Sequence record: PP418987.1
Reading direction: 5' to 3' (one strand)
Origin: Escherichia phage UPWr_E4
Length of the DNA: 64,000 nucleotides
In this document: in pieces, positions 52,522 to 64,000 of the stretch
How positions within the stretch are numbered: position 1 is the stretch's first letter
How the letters are laid out: each line of letters opens with the position of its first letter
Position numbers and translations under genes: made by a program
The notes under the pieces: generated by a model
What the model was told of the DNA's origin: nothing
The model's database searches: none
Seen by the model: only the letters and a program-made list of their open reading frames with translations

Positions 52522-53805
52522 TTATTCATCAATGATAATTTTTGGTAGCTTAACACCTAATAAAACAGACAAATCTGAACGACCCGCCATTTTATCCATA
52601 TCTCCACCATCAATTACTCTTGCTTCTTTTTCATCTTTTGCTACAGTGTAAGGATTTGCAGATAAAGCATATCTAACTAATAAACCGATAGATGGCTGCA
52701 AACTTTCTGGATCAACTACAACTTTAAATGCACCTACATGTTCAGGGTCATCTAAGTCAAGACCTTCTGTATACGGAGCATAGAAAATTGATCCAACAAT
52801 TTCTTTTTCACCAATATTTTCTACTACGCCAACGATTACATAATCTAATGGACTGTTGGTATCGCAATAAAGCGGTAAACCATTAGCTAAGAACCCGTAG
52901 GCATTTTGTGAAAGATATTTGTCATCTTCTGGTTTATGTTTTAACCAACCTGATGCAGCAAGAATCGCAGCGGCACGAGCTGAAGCAACACAGAACGTTG
53001 CTGTATAAGTTGATTCTTTCTGGATATGTGAAACCATTTCACATACCATTCGGTATAATGAACGACCAGCTTCAGGTGCAGATGCATAACTCAAATCAAT
53101 GAATCCAGTATCAGTAATTCCTGTAACTTTATAGCGTTTTGATACTGTAATCAAAGACTGCAGAATATCTTTATTGATTTCATCCGCCATTTCAGTTGCA
53201 AGCAAATCTTCCAAGAAATTAGGAGCATCGAATCCGTTTGCTTCTAAATCTTGTGCTAATTCAACTGTGATGCCAGTTTTAAGTTTACGAGATTTAACTG
53301 CGGTTTGCCATTTATTAATCTGGAATCTAGCATCCGCAATTTCGCTATCAGAGTTTTCAAATTTGCTTGTTACTGCAGCATCAGAAAATAGACGAATCTT
53401 TAAAAGAACGATTGCAATCTGAAGAGCTAATTCTAAATCGCTTTCTTCAATATCAGCAAATGGTGTATCTTCTAATACTTTATAAACGATATTATTATAT
53501 TTGAATAAATCGCCTTTATTGAGAGTTAATTTAGACTCTTCTGTTAATTCTGTGATTTGTTCTCGGTCTACATACCCAGCTTCTCCAGCGTAAGTAGCAC
53601 CAGTTTTAAATGTAAATTCGTTATCCGGGTTAAGGTATTTGATACCATAAAAAGCAGCAACAGGTTGATTAGTTCTTTGCGTTGCTACAATGTCAGAATA
53701 TATTAATTTAGTGGTAGCGCGAGTCAAAGCAACGAGATTTGGGCGACCGATTGAGTTGCTATTCGTTGTGGTTGATTCGCGCAGAAGTTCGTTGATTTTA
53801 GCCAT
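52522..53805 (-). CDS. 24: capsid vertex protein gp24
   Basis: 427 aa, same length as T4 gp24; paralogous to gp23. Confidence 0.9.
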   Translation of the reverse strand: MAKINELLRESTTTNSNSIGRPNLVALTRATTKLIYSDIVATQRTNQPVAAFYGIKYLNPDNEFTFKTGATYAGEAGYVDREQITELTEESKLTLNKGDLFKYNNIVYKVLEDTPFADIEESDLELALQIAIVLLKIRLFSDAAVTSKFENSDSEIADARFQINKWQTAVKSRKLKTGITVELAQDLEANGFDAPNFLEDLLATEMADEINKDILQSLITVSKRYKVTGITDTGFIDLSYASAPEAGRSLYRMVCEMVSHIQKESTYTATFCVASARAAAILAASGWLKHKPEDDKYLSQNAYGFLANGLPLYCDTNSPLDYVIVGVVENIGEKEIVGSIFYAPYTEGLDLDDPEHVGAFKVVVDPESLQPSIGLLVRYALSANPYTVAKDEKEARVIDGGDMDKMAGRSDLSVLLGVKLPKIIIDE

Positions 53806-53832
53806 TGCGCTTTCCTTTTGGTTTATATGATT

Positions 53833-53840
53833 TATTTATA
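53833..53840 (-). promoter_or_regulatory. late promoter (TATAAATA) for gene 24, preceded by a gggacc-ttcg-ggtccc hairpin after gene 23
   Basis: Plus-strand tatttata 28 nt upstream of the gene 24 ATG. Confidence 0.55.
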
Positions 53841-53888
53841 CCATAAAAACAACTAAAGGGACCCGAAGGTCCCTTAAATCGTCAAAGA

Positions 53889-55454
53889 TTAGATACCTTT
53901 AACATATACACGTCTAAAGTAAGCGTTTTTACCAAGGCTATTCAGAATAGAAGGCATACCGCTCTGGATGCGAGAAGCCGGAGCCTGAGCAGCGGATTCT
54001 GCAAATGGGTTGATACCGATACCGTAACGAGTTTTGAATCCCATTACCGGTTGGAAGTTCTTCGGATCAGAACCACGCAGCGGAGTCAGAGCTACATATG
54101 GAGCATAGTAAATACCAGCATCCATTTCGTTCGGACCTTTATAACCTACGGTGAAATAATCCTGTTTAGCATACTGGTCGATATATACACGGTATTTACC
54201 ACCCAGAACACCAGCAAATACTGACTTGGTAGTATCAGTGTTAAAGCCAGTAGCCAGACCTTGTGCAGCATAAGAAATGCCGGTATCAACTGAAGCCAGA
54301 ACGTTAACTACGTTACGGGAAGCGATAATGAAGTTACCTTCGCCGCGACCAGTCTGACGAGCAATTTCAACTGCTTCTTTGTCAATCTGGAACAACAGAG
54401 CTTTAAAGGATTCACCTGCCCAGCGAGCACCACGAATATCGATTGGGTCCTGGAAGTCAAATACACCAGCTTTAGAACCCGGAGTCAGGGTCATACCAGA
54501 TTTACCAACCTGAGCGGAGTAGTTAATCCAATCAACAACTTCACGGTTGATTTCCAGCATAATTTCTGTAGCCAGAATACCAGACAGTTCAGCATCAGCA
54601 TCCATACCGTGAACAGCGCGGAGGTCTTGTGCTAATTCAATAGAGTAAGCAGCTTTCAGCTGACGAGATTTAGCTTCGATAACTTGTTTATCGATACGGA
54701 AGCCCATTTCATTCCACGGGTTATCGGTAGAACCGTTAAAACCTTCTTGAAGTTCAGCGATAGAAGTAGCCATACCTTCAGCGATTTCTACCAGTACACC
54801 AGCTTCCATTTGTTTCTTAATTTCAGCATCTAATTTGTCTGCGTCAGATGCGCCTGAATCAATTTGTTTAGCTGCTGTAGCTTGCAGATATACTGTACCA
54901 GTTTCCTGGAAGAAGTGAGTGTAAATAGTTCCGACTTCAAGAGTATCACTTGCTTTCAAAGCAGCGAATTTCTTAGCAGCACCCTGACCAGAGAACATTG
55001 CATCTGGACCATACATTGGGTGGAATGCTTCTTTAGCACCGGAAGCGATTGGGTCTTTACCATATACTGCGCGCAGTGCGAATACCTGGCCAGTCGGGCT
55101 GTTCATTGGCTGAACACCACAAATATCGAAAGCAATCAGGTTAGGAATAGCACGACGTACCATACCCATAACAGCTGGGCCAATCTGAGTTACTGCTCCA
55201 GAAGTCTGACCTGCAGCGATGTTGGTAGCATTGTAACCGTGGTCACCACCGATTTCAGCTTCTGTTAAGAAAGAACCGAATGCCTGAGCAATTTTTTCGT
55301 CTTTATATTCCGGAGCTGTCTGGAAATCTTTTTCCTGGTTTTCAAAGATTTTAGCGATAATCGCTTGTTTGCTATTAGCAATTTCCGGTAAACCTTCACC
55401 TTCCAGTAATGGCTTCCATTTGTTCAAAAGTTCAGCTTTAGTTTTGATAGTCAT
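53889..55454 (-). CDS. 23: major capsid protein gp23
   Basis: 521 aa; MTIKTKAELLNKWKPLLEGEGLPEIANSKQ... recognised as T4 gp23. Confidence 0.95.
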   Translation of the reverse strand: MTIKTKAELLNKWKPLLEGEGLPEIANSKQAIIAKIFENQEKDFQTAPEYKDEKIAQAFGSFLTEAEIGGDHGYNATNIAAGQTSGAVTQIGPAVMGMVRRAIPNLIAFDICGVQPMNSPTGQVFALRAVYGKDPIASGAKEAFHPMYGPDAMFSGQGAAKKFAALKASDTLEVGTIYTHFFQETGTVYLQATAAKQIDSGASDADKLDAEIKKQMEAGVLVEIAEGMATSIAELQEGFNGSTDNPWNEMGFRIDKQVIEAKSRQLKAAYSIELAQDLRAVHGMDADAELSGILATEIMLEINREVVDWINYSAQVGKSGMTLTPGSKAGVFDFQDPIDIRGARWAGESFKALLFQIDKEAVEIARQTGRGEGNFIIASRNVVNVLASVDTGISYAAQGLATGFNTDTTKSVFAGVLGGKYRVYIDQYAKQDYFTVGYKGPNEMDAGIYYAPYVALTPLRGSDPKNFQPVMGFKTRYGIGINPFAESAAQAPASRIQSGMPSILNSLGKNAYFRRVYVKGI

Positions 55455-55472
55455 TTGTGTTAACCTTTAAAA

Positions 55473-56282
55473 TTAGAAACGAGATGCGACTTTCGCATAT
55501 ACACTTACAATATCTTCTGCACCTTGTGCAGATTTATCTTCTACAGCTTCAGTGACGAAATTCAGTCCGGCTGCTTCAGTATCAGGAGTATTTATACTCT
55601 CAGTAATAGTGCTTTCATCTTTATTAGATTTCTTCACCATTTCTACGATTGCACTCAATTTACTTGAGAATGCATCTGAATAATCCATACCTTCGACCAG
55701 AGCAGAGACTTTTTCTTTTTGAGACTCAGTCAGATCTTTAGTACTTTCGCTCAATGCCACTTCACGCTGCACATAATTGATATATGCGTCACGCTTATTG
55801 AGTTCTTCGAACAGACGAGCTGATTCTTCTTTATGTTCTTGCAGTTCTTCTTCCATTTCAGCTACAACATCAACTGATTCTTCTGGAACAACAACGTTGT
55901 GTTCAACGAAGAGCTCTTTCAATCCACCAAGCATGGATTCAAACAGTTCGGCTTTGATACCTTTATCTACTGCTAATTTATTTTCAGTGAGCCATTCTTT
56001 TGCAAGATGGTCAAGGAATTTAGAAGCTTGCTCAGCGATTTTCTTCTCAGCTTTTTCTTCTGCTTCTTCTTTATTTTTTTCTACTTCTTCTTCTGCTTTT
56101 TCAGCAATTTTAGCGATATGAGATTCAGCTAATTTAACGGCGTGCTGCTTGACGGTAGCTTCGAATACAGTGCCGAAAGTTTCTTTTGCTTCCGGAGAAA
56201 TATTAACTGATTCGAAAATACTATCAAGAGCAACGGAAGCATCAATTTTCTGCGCTTCGGCAATCAGTTGTTCTTTAAGCAT
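55473..56282 (-). CDS. 22: prohead core scaffolding protein gp22
   Basis: 269 aa, same length as T4 gp22. Confidence 0.85.
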   Translation of the reverse strand: MLKEQLIAEAQKIDASVALDSIFESVNISPEAKETFGTVFEATVKQHAVKLAESHIAKIAEKAEEEVEKNKEEAEEKAEKKIAEQASKFLDHLAKEWLTENKLAVDKGIKAELFESMLGGLKELFVEHNVVVPEESVDVVAEMEEELQEHKEESARLFEELNKRDAYINYVQREVALSESTKDLTESQKEKVSALVEGMDYSDAFSSKLSAIVEMVKKSNKDESTITESINTPDTEAAGLNFVTEAVEDKSAQGAEDIVSVYAKVASRF

Positions 56283-56309
56283 TTTGTAGTCCTGTTGTTT
56301 AGATAATAA

Positions 56310-56317
56310 TATTTATA
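56310..56317 (-). promoter_or_regulatory. late promoter (TATAAATA) for gene 22
   Basis: Plus-strand tatttata about 28 nt upstream of the gene 22 ATG. Confidence 0.55.
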
Positions 56318-56951
56318 ACGCTTTTTTCATGGCCTCTGCGAGAGCCATATAGGCGTCATCGGCACTTGTATCGGCTTCCGCCGTCTGTGATTCGGTAATT
56401 TCCTTAGGAGTTACCCATGCATCTGGAGCACTTGGACCCCATACTGCATCAACACCTACAGTTAATTTGAATCCTTCGTTTACGATACGATAACCTTTAT
56501 TTGTGTCAGTCAATGAACCTAATCCACGAGAAGAAACTCCTGGAATCCATCCGGCACGAATATTAGCTGCTAATTTATCTCCAGGACCATGGTCACCTTC
56601 AATAACACGAGCTCGTCCGTATACGTCATTTCCTTTCCACCACATATCTTCTATAATGATAGCGGCTTGCATCGGGTCAACATTAGCGCGTGGAGGATGA
56701 TTTAATTCTCCGAGAGCTTGTTTAGTTAAAACTTGCTCATTAATATAGTCTTTTACCGCTTTTTCTAATATACGTTTTGGATAAAGACGTTTATTTCTAT
56801 TGACGACTTCCGCTTGCATGAATATTCCTTCGATGTATAAACCCGGTTTTAAACCTAAGTCTTTTCCATCGTGAGATTCAAGCATTGGCACGCCATCAAT
56901 AATTTCGCCAGGTTGACCCCAAGTTTCAATTAGTAATTGGGGTTCATTCAT
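56313..56951 (-). CDS. 21: prohead core protease gp21
   Basis: 212 aa, same length as T4 gp21. Confidence 0.85.
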   Translation of the reverse strand: MNEPQLLIETWGQPGEIIDGVPMLESHDGKDLGLKPGLYIEGIFMQAEVVNRNKRLYPKRILEKAVKDYINEQVLTKQALGELNHPPRANVDPMQAAIIIEDMWWKGNDVYGRARVIEGDHGPGDKLAANIRAGWIPGVSSRGLGSLTDTNKGYRIVNEGFKLTVGVDAVWGPSAPDAWVTPKEITESQTAEADTSADDAYMALAEAMKKAL

Positions 56952-57376
56952 TAGCTTAATCCTAATGCTTTACGGCGTTTAAGAGCTTTTTTACGCTTAC
57001 GCTGAGCACGAGATTGACCTGCTGGATTGGCAATCTTCGTTTTGGTAGCTTTACGAGCAATTTGTCTACGTTTTGCTTTAGACAGCCCAGTGGTTTGAAA
57101 TGCATTACGTTCACGCGTTTTGCGGTCTTTAGTGCGAGTAATTTCACCACGGGCGGAAACATGTTTAACGATAAATTCATTTAACGGCATATTTTCATTA
57201 ATAGAAGCTAATGCAACCGCTAAATCAGTTTCATCATCAAGCATATTCTCGACAATTGTATTTATATCGTCTTTATTTAAAGCAGAAGACAATTCGTCAA
57301 AGCGACCCTGTGCTTCAGGAATAAGTGCTTCGACATTCTCGAGAACTAATTCATGAGTTTCAGGGATCAGAAGCAT
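56951..57376 (-). CDS. 68: prohead core protein gp68
   Basis: 141 aa; basic C-terminus; synteny. Confidence 0.7.
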
Positions 57377-57614
57377 TATTCATCATCCTCGTCTTCGTCA
57401 GAGTCTTTGTCTTTTTTGTCGTCTTTATCATCACTATCTTCGTCTTCGTCATCATCCTCGTCATCAGGTTCTTCACCTTCGATTAAGAAATTACGAGCGA
57501 TAGCGATTTTTTCTTCTTTAATTAAATCAGTCGTTCTTGCAGCCATGGCTTCAGCAAATAATTTACGAGCGGCTACGAGGTCGTTTGATTTAATAGCTTC
57601 AATTAAACCTTCCA

Positions 57615-57615
<1 letters not shown>
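57376..57615 (-). CDS. 67: prohead core protein gp67 with poly-acidic C-terminus
   Basis: 79 aa ending [32 protein letters not shown]. Confidence 0.75.
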
Positions 57616-59240
<1,625 letters not shown>

Positions 59241-59272
59241 TTAAGCAGGATGGGGATTTCTCCCCATTCATT

Positions 59273-59764
59273 TTATTCCCAATAATCGAGAGCAAGAGTT
59301 ACTTCAAAGGTTTGGATTTCATTGTTTGAATCCCAATCTAATTGAAGTTCACCCACGTTAGTAGGCCACAGACCTTTAATTTCAATTTCTTTTGTTACTG
59401 TTTTAGCATCACGAGCATATTGACGAACAATAGCGCTCTTTTTATACTCTGCAGGTTTTCCACCAGTAATTTCGTTTCCTTGACCAGCAGCAATGCTTTG
59501 CCAATCAACAAACTTCTGGCGAGCATCATGAGCTTCATCGTTCATTACTGTAACAGTCCAGTCATCGAATGTACGATCGCCTGCTACGTTAATTTTACGG
59601 TTCATAAATCCGACTGGAATTTTTTCTACAATACCAGCTGGTAAAGCAGTGGCTTTACATTGGAATGTAAAATTTTGTCCAAGATAAGAAATTTCTACTT
59701 GGAATAAGTTAGGTCGAGCAAAATCACCAGATTCAAACGCTCGTGTTACATCATCTACAAACAT
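59273..59764 (-). CDS. 19: tail tube protein gp19
   Basis: 163 aa, same length as T4 gp19. Confidence 0.85.
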   Translation of the reverse strand: MFVDDVTRAFESGDFARPNLFQVEISYLGQNFTFQCKATALPAGIVEKIPVGFMNRKINVAGDRTFDDWTVTVMNDEAHDARQKFVDWQSIAAGQGNEITGGKPAEYKKSAIVRQYARDAKTVTKEIEIKGLWPTNVGELQLDWDSNNEIQTFEVTLALDYWE

Positions 59765-59837
59765 ATTAGCCTCTGTAGTATTTATATCCCTATGTTTAAC
59801 CTAGGGCATATAGAATTAAAGAATTAAGGATATAGTG

Positions 59838-59845
59838 TATTTATA
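59838..59845 (-). promoter_or_regulatory. late promoter (TATAAATA) for gene 19, adjacent to a ggcctg...caggcc hairpin (59847-59864)
   Basis: Plus-strand tatttata; a second copy at 59778-59785 is very close to the start codon. Confidence 0.5.
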
Positions 59846-59880
59846 TGGCCTGCCGAAACAGGCCTTTAGAATGCACCGTA

Positions 59881-61860
59881 TTAACCAGCAAGACCAGTTA
59901 ACTCATCGAAATCTGCACCAGTAGCAGTTGCGACGAAATTCAAAGTAATATAATTTATACTGCGCGCCGGTTGAATGTAGAATGTTGCAACAAACTCATT
60001 TCTATCAATTACTGACGGAGTGTTATTTGTTGTATCGCAAACTACACGATATTCATAAATTCCACCGAGAGCTTTAATTCCCTGTAAGTATTGGGCAGTT
60101 TCTGTGCGGAATGATGAACGAGTAAACGCGTTGTTTAATTCGAACAAACGATATTTTGAACTACGTCCGATATTCGTTTTCAACATATTAAACAGACGAC
60201 GAACGTTAATACGATCAAATGGAGAAGGAACAGAAGTAGCTGTTTTATCACCATACAATACGTAACCATCACCACCTGTACCAGTTACTGGGTTGATAGC
60301 TTCTTGATATAAACGGTCGCGCTGAGCTTGGCGAGTTTCAATAGCAAGTTTAATAACGTTAAGAATCTGACCACGATTATAACCAGCTGGAGACATCCAA
60401 GTCTGAGAAACGTTATCAGTTCTCGCGCATAAACCGGCAATATCAGCTGCTAATGGAACCCAACGATTCACATCATTATATTTGTCATACTGATATTTGT
60501 AGTTGCCGTCGATTGCTGCATAGGTTGAACTGATATTAAAGTTATTATCAGTGTATGAACCTGCCGCAGTTCTCCAGTTAACTAAATTATCTACTGCACG
60601 AGTTACAGGAATTCCAACTACAGTTTCACGCGGAGGAGAGCACAATACTAAGCAATCTTGGCGAGCATCTCCAATTGAAACGACGTGTTTTTGGACAGTA
60701 GATGCTGTTTCTAAAGATTCACCGGCACAAGAACCCGCAATAAACAGTTGAACATCAACAGATTCACGGTCAGCAAAGAAGTCCCAAGCTTCCATTAAAT
60801 CTCCTGCTGTTACTTCAGCATTTGATGATAATCCACCAGACAGAGTTAAAATTCCAGAGAAGCCTTCTGGCCAGTTTTGTGCAGTTGCAAAAATATATTC
60901 TGAACCACCTTTTGCGAAAAAGTCATCGATATAGATGTTACTATCGTAAATATCTTTTTCACCACGCTTAGTTGAAAGAACAACGCTTTGAACAATAGCA
61001 TCATTTCGACGAACTATAATAGCGTACTGTGAGTCAGTCTGCGGCCCATATCCAAATACTGCCTTGGCAGTAGATGCACGAGTACCACCACCTGGATAAA
61101 TTGGCAGTAATGCAGAAGCGCCTTTCGCATAGTCAGCTTTAGATACGATTTCAATTTCAATTTTATCGCCTAATTCGCCTGGATAGAGAGCTACTACTCC
61201 TGGAATTCCATATTTTTCAAGATTTGCTTGAAAGTCAACCGCTGTCATAGCAGCTTCAGCATTTTCAATTTCAGCTAATAAAATACCAGAATCAGTAATA
61301 ATTTTTCCAAGAGTTATTACTGCAGCTAAACCGGAAGAAGATGAAGAAATTTCTGCAGTCCAGTTAGAACCTAATGTTGGGTATTCGCCAACTTCTTTAG
61401 CTTTAGCAATAATTTTTGCAGTAGGAATATTAATTTTCTTAATTTTTCCATCAGCATCTACTTCGGTAATTTTACCTTCTGTTTCAACATCTTCTGAAAC
61501 ATATTTGACCGTGATTTTATCTCCAACCGCGTAGTTACTACCTGGGGTAGAAATTGTGTATTCAATATTACCAGCAATCGGAGATGAGTTTTTAGCGGTA
61601 TCTCTATCGACAGCGCGCACAACTCGCAAATCATTTCCATATTGTAAGAAATTCATTGCAGACATAAAATAGTCAGCAGTTTCAGCTGTAGGTTGACCAA
61701 AAGTATTAACTAAATCTACTTCGTTTGTAACCTGTTTAATCTGAAAAGCAGGACCCCACTGGAATTTACCGGCCAAAGCTGCTGTACCAGTAGAGTTATT
61801 AACCACGGTGCTTTGAACCGTAGTTTCTTTGAGCTCAATGCCCGGAGATAATAAAGTCAT
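59881..61860 (-). CDS. 18: tail sheath protein gp18
   Basis: 659 aa, same length as T4 gp18. Confidence 0.9.
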   Translation of the reverse strand: MTLLSPGIELKETTVQSTVVNNSTGTAALAGKFQWGPAFQIKQVTNEVDLVNTFGQPTAETADYFMSAMNFLQYGNDLRVVRAVDRDTAKNSSPIAGNIEYTISTPGSNYAVGDKITVKYVSEDVETEGKITEVDADGKIKKINIPTAKIIAKAKEVGEYPTLGSNWTAEISSSSSGLAAVITLGKIITDSGILLAEIENAEAAMTAVDFQANLEKYGIPGVVALYPGELGDKIEIEIVSKADYAKGASALLPIYPGGGTRASTAKAVFGYGPQTDSQYAIIVRRNDAIVQSVVLSTKRGEKDIYDSNIYIDDFFAKGGSEYIFATAQNWPEGFSGILTLSGGLSSNAEVTAGDLMEAWDFFADRESVDVQLFIAGSCAGESLETASTVQKHVVSIGDARQDCLVLCSPPRETVVGIPVTRAVDNLVNWRTAAGSYTDNNFNISSTYAAIDGNYKYQYDKYNDVNRWVPLAADIAGLCARTDNVSQTWMSPAGYNRGQILNVIKLAIETRQAQRDRLYQEAINPVTGTGGDGYVLYGDKTATSVPSPFDRINVRRLFNMLKTNIGRSSKYRLFELNNAFTRSSFRTETAQYLQGIKALGGIYEYRVVCDTTNNTPSVIDRNEFVATFYIQPARSINYITLNFVATATGADFDELTGLAG

Positions 61861-61888
61861 TTTTAATCCTCTTTAATATGCTTTAATA

Positions 61889-64000
<2,112 letters not shown>

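Noticed and set aside
59778-59785. Second TATAAATA upstream of gene 19
   Set aside because: Only about 13 nt from the start codon, leaving no room for a leader with an RBS; the copy at 59838-59845 is the more plausible promoter.

Overview
This 64 kb window reads as a contiguous segment of a T4-like (T-even, Tequatrovirus-type) lytic phage genome, in reverse orientation relative to the usual T4 map. Identifications rest on my recognition of protein sequences, protein lengths and gene order from memory; no database search was possible. Layout: (1) minus strand 1-8384, long tail fibre genes 37 (3' end outside the window), 36, 35, 34; (2) plus strand 8489-38678, a long early/middle region rnh-dsbA-33-59-segG-32-(small ORFs)-frd-td (split by a group I intron carrying I-TevI)-nrdA-nrdB-denA-rnlA-alc-spanins-pseT-(small ORFs)-cd-31-rIII-(30.x small ORFs)-30 (ligase)-two tandem alt paralogs-one small ORF; (3) minus strand 38707-44946, baseplate/tail genes 54, 48, 29, 28, 27, 51; (4) plus strand 26, 25, uvsY; minus strand uvsW; plus strand inh, hoc, rnlB; (5) minus strand 52522-64000, head/tail/packaging genes 24, 23, 22, 21, 68, 67, 20, 19, 18, 17 and the 3' part of 16. 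Sigma70-like early promoters (GTTTAC-17-TATAAT), MotA-box middle promoters, TATAAATA late promoters and GC-rich hairpin terminators sit where expected. No rRNA, tRNA, CRISPR array, integrase or transposon was found. I see no convincing foreign defence or anti-defence island; the candidates for something new are local departures from the T4 pattern. The main ones: a perfect in-frame 153 bp tandem duplication inside gene 37; two tandem alt (ADP-ribosyltransferase) paralogs; an identical 54 bp promoter/stop/RBS cassette at two loci about 16 kb apart; a Hoc protein about one Ig-like domain longer than T4 Hoc; a small basic ORF wedged between frd and td; and a roughly 400 bp ORF-poor, relatively GC-rich spacer after rIII.
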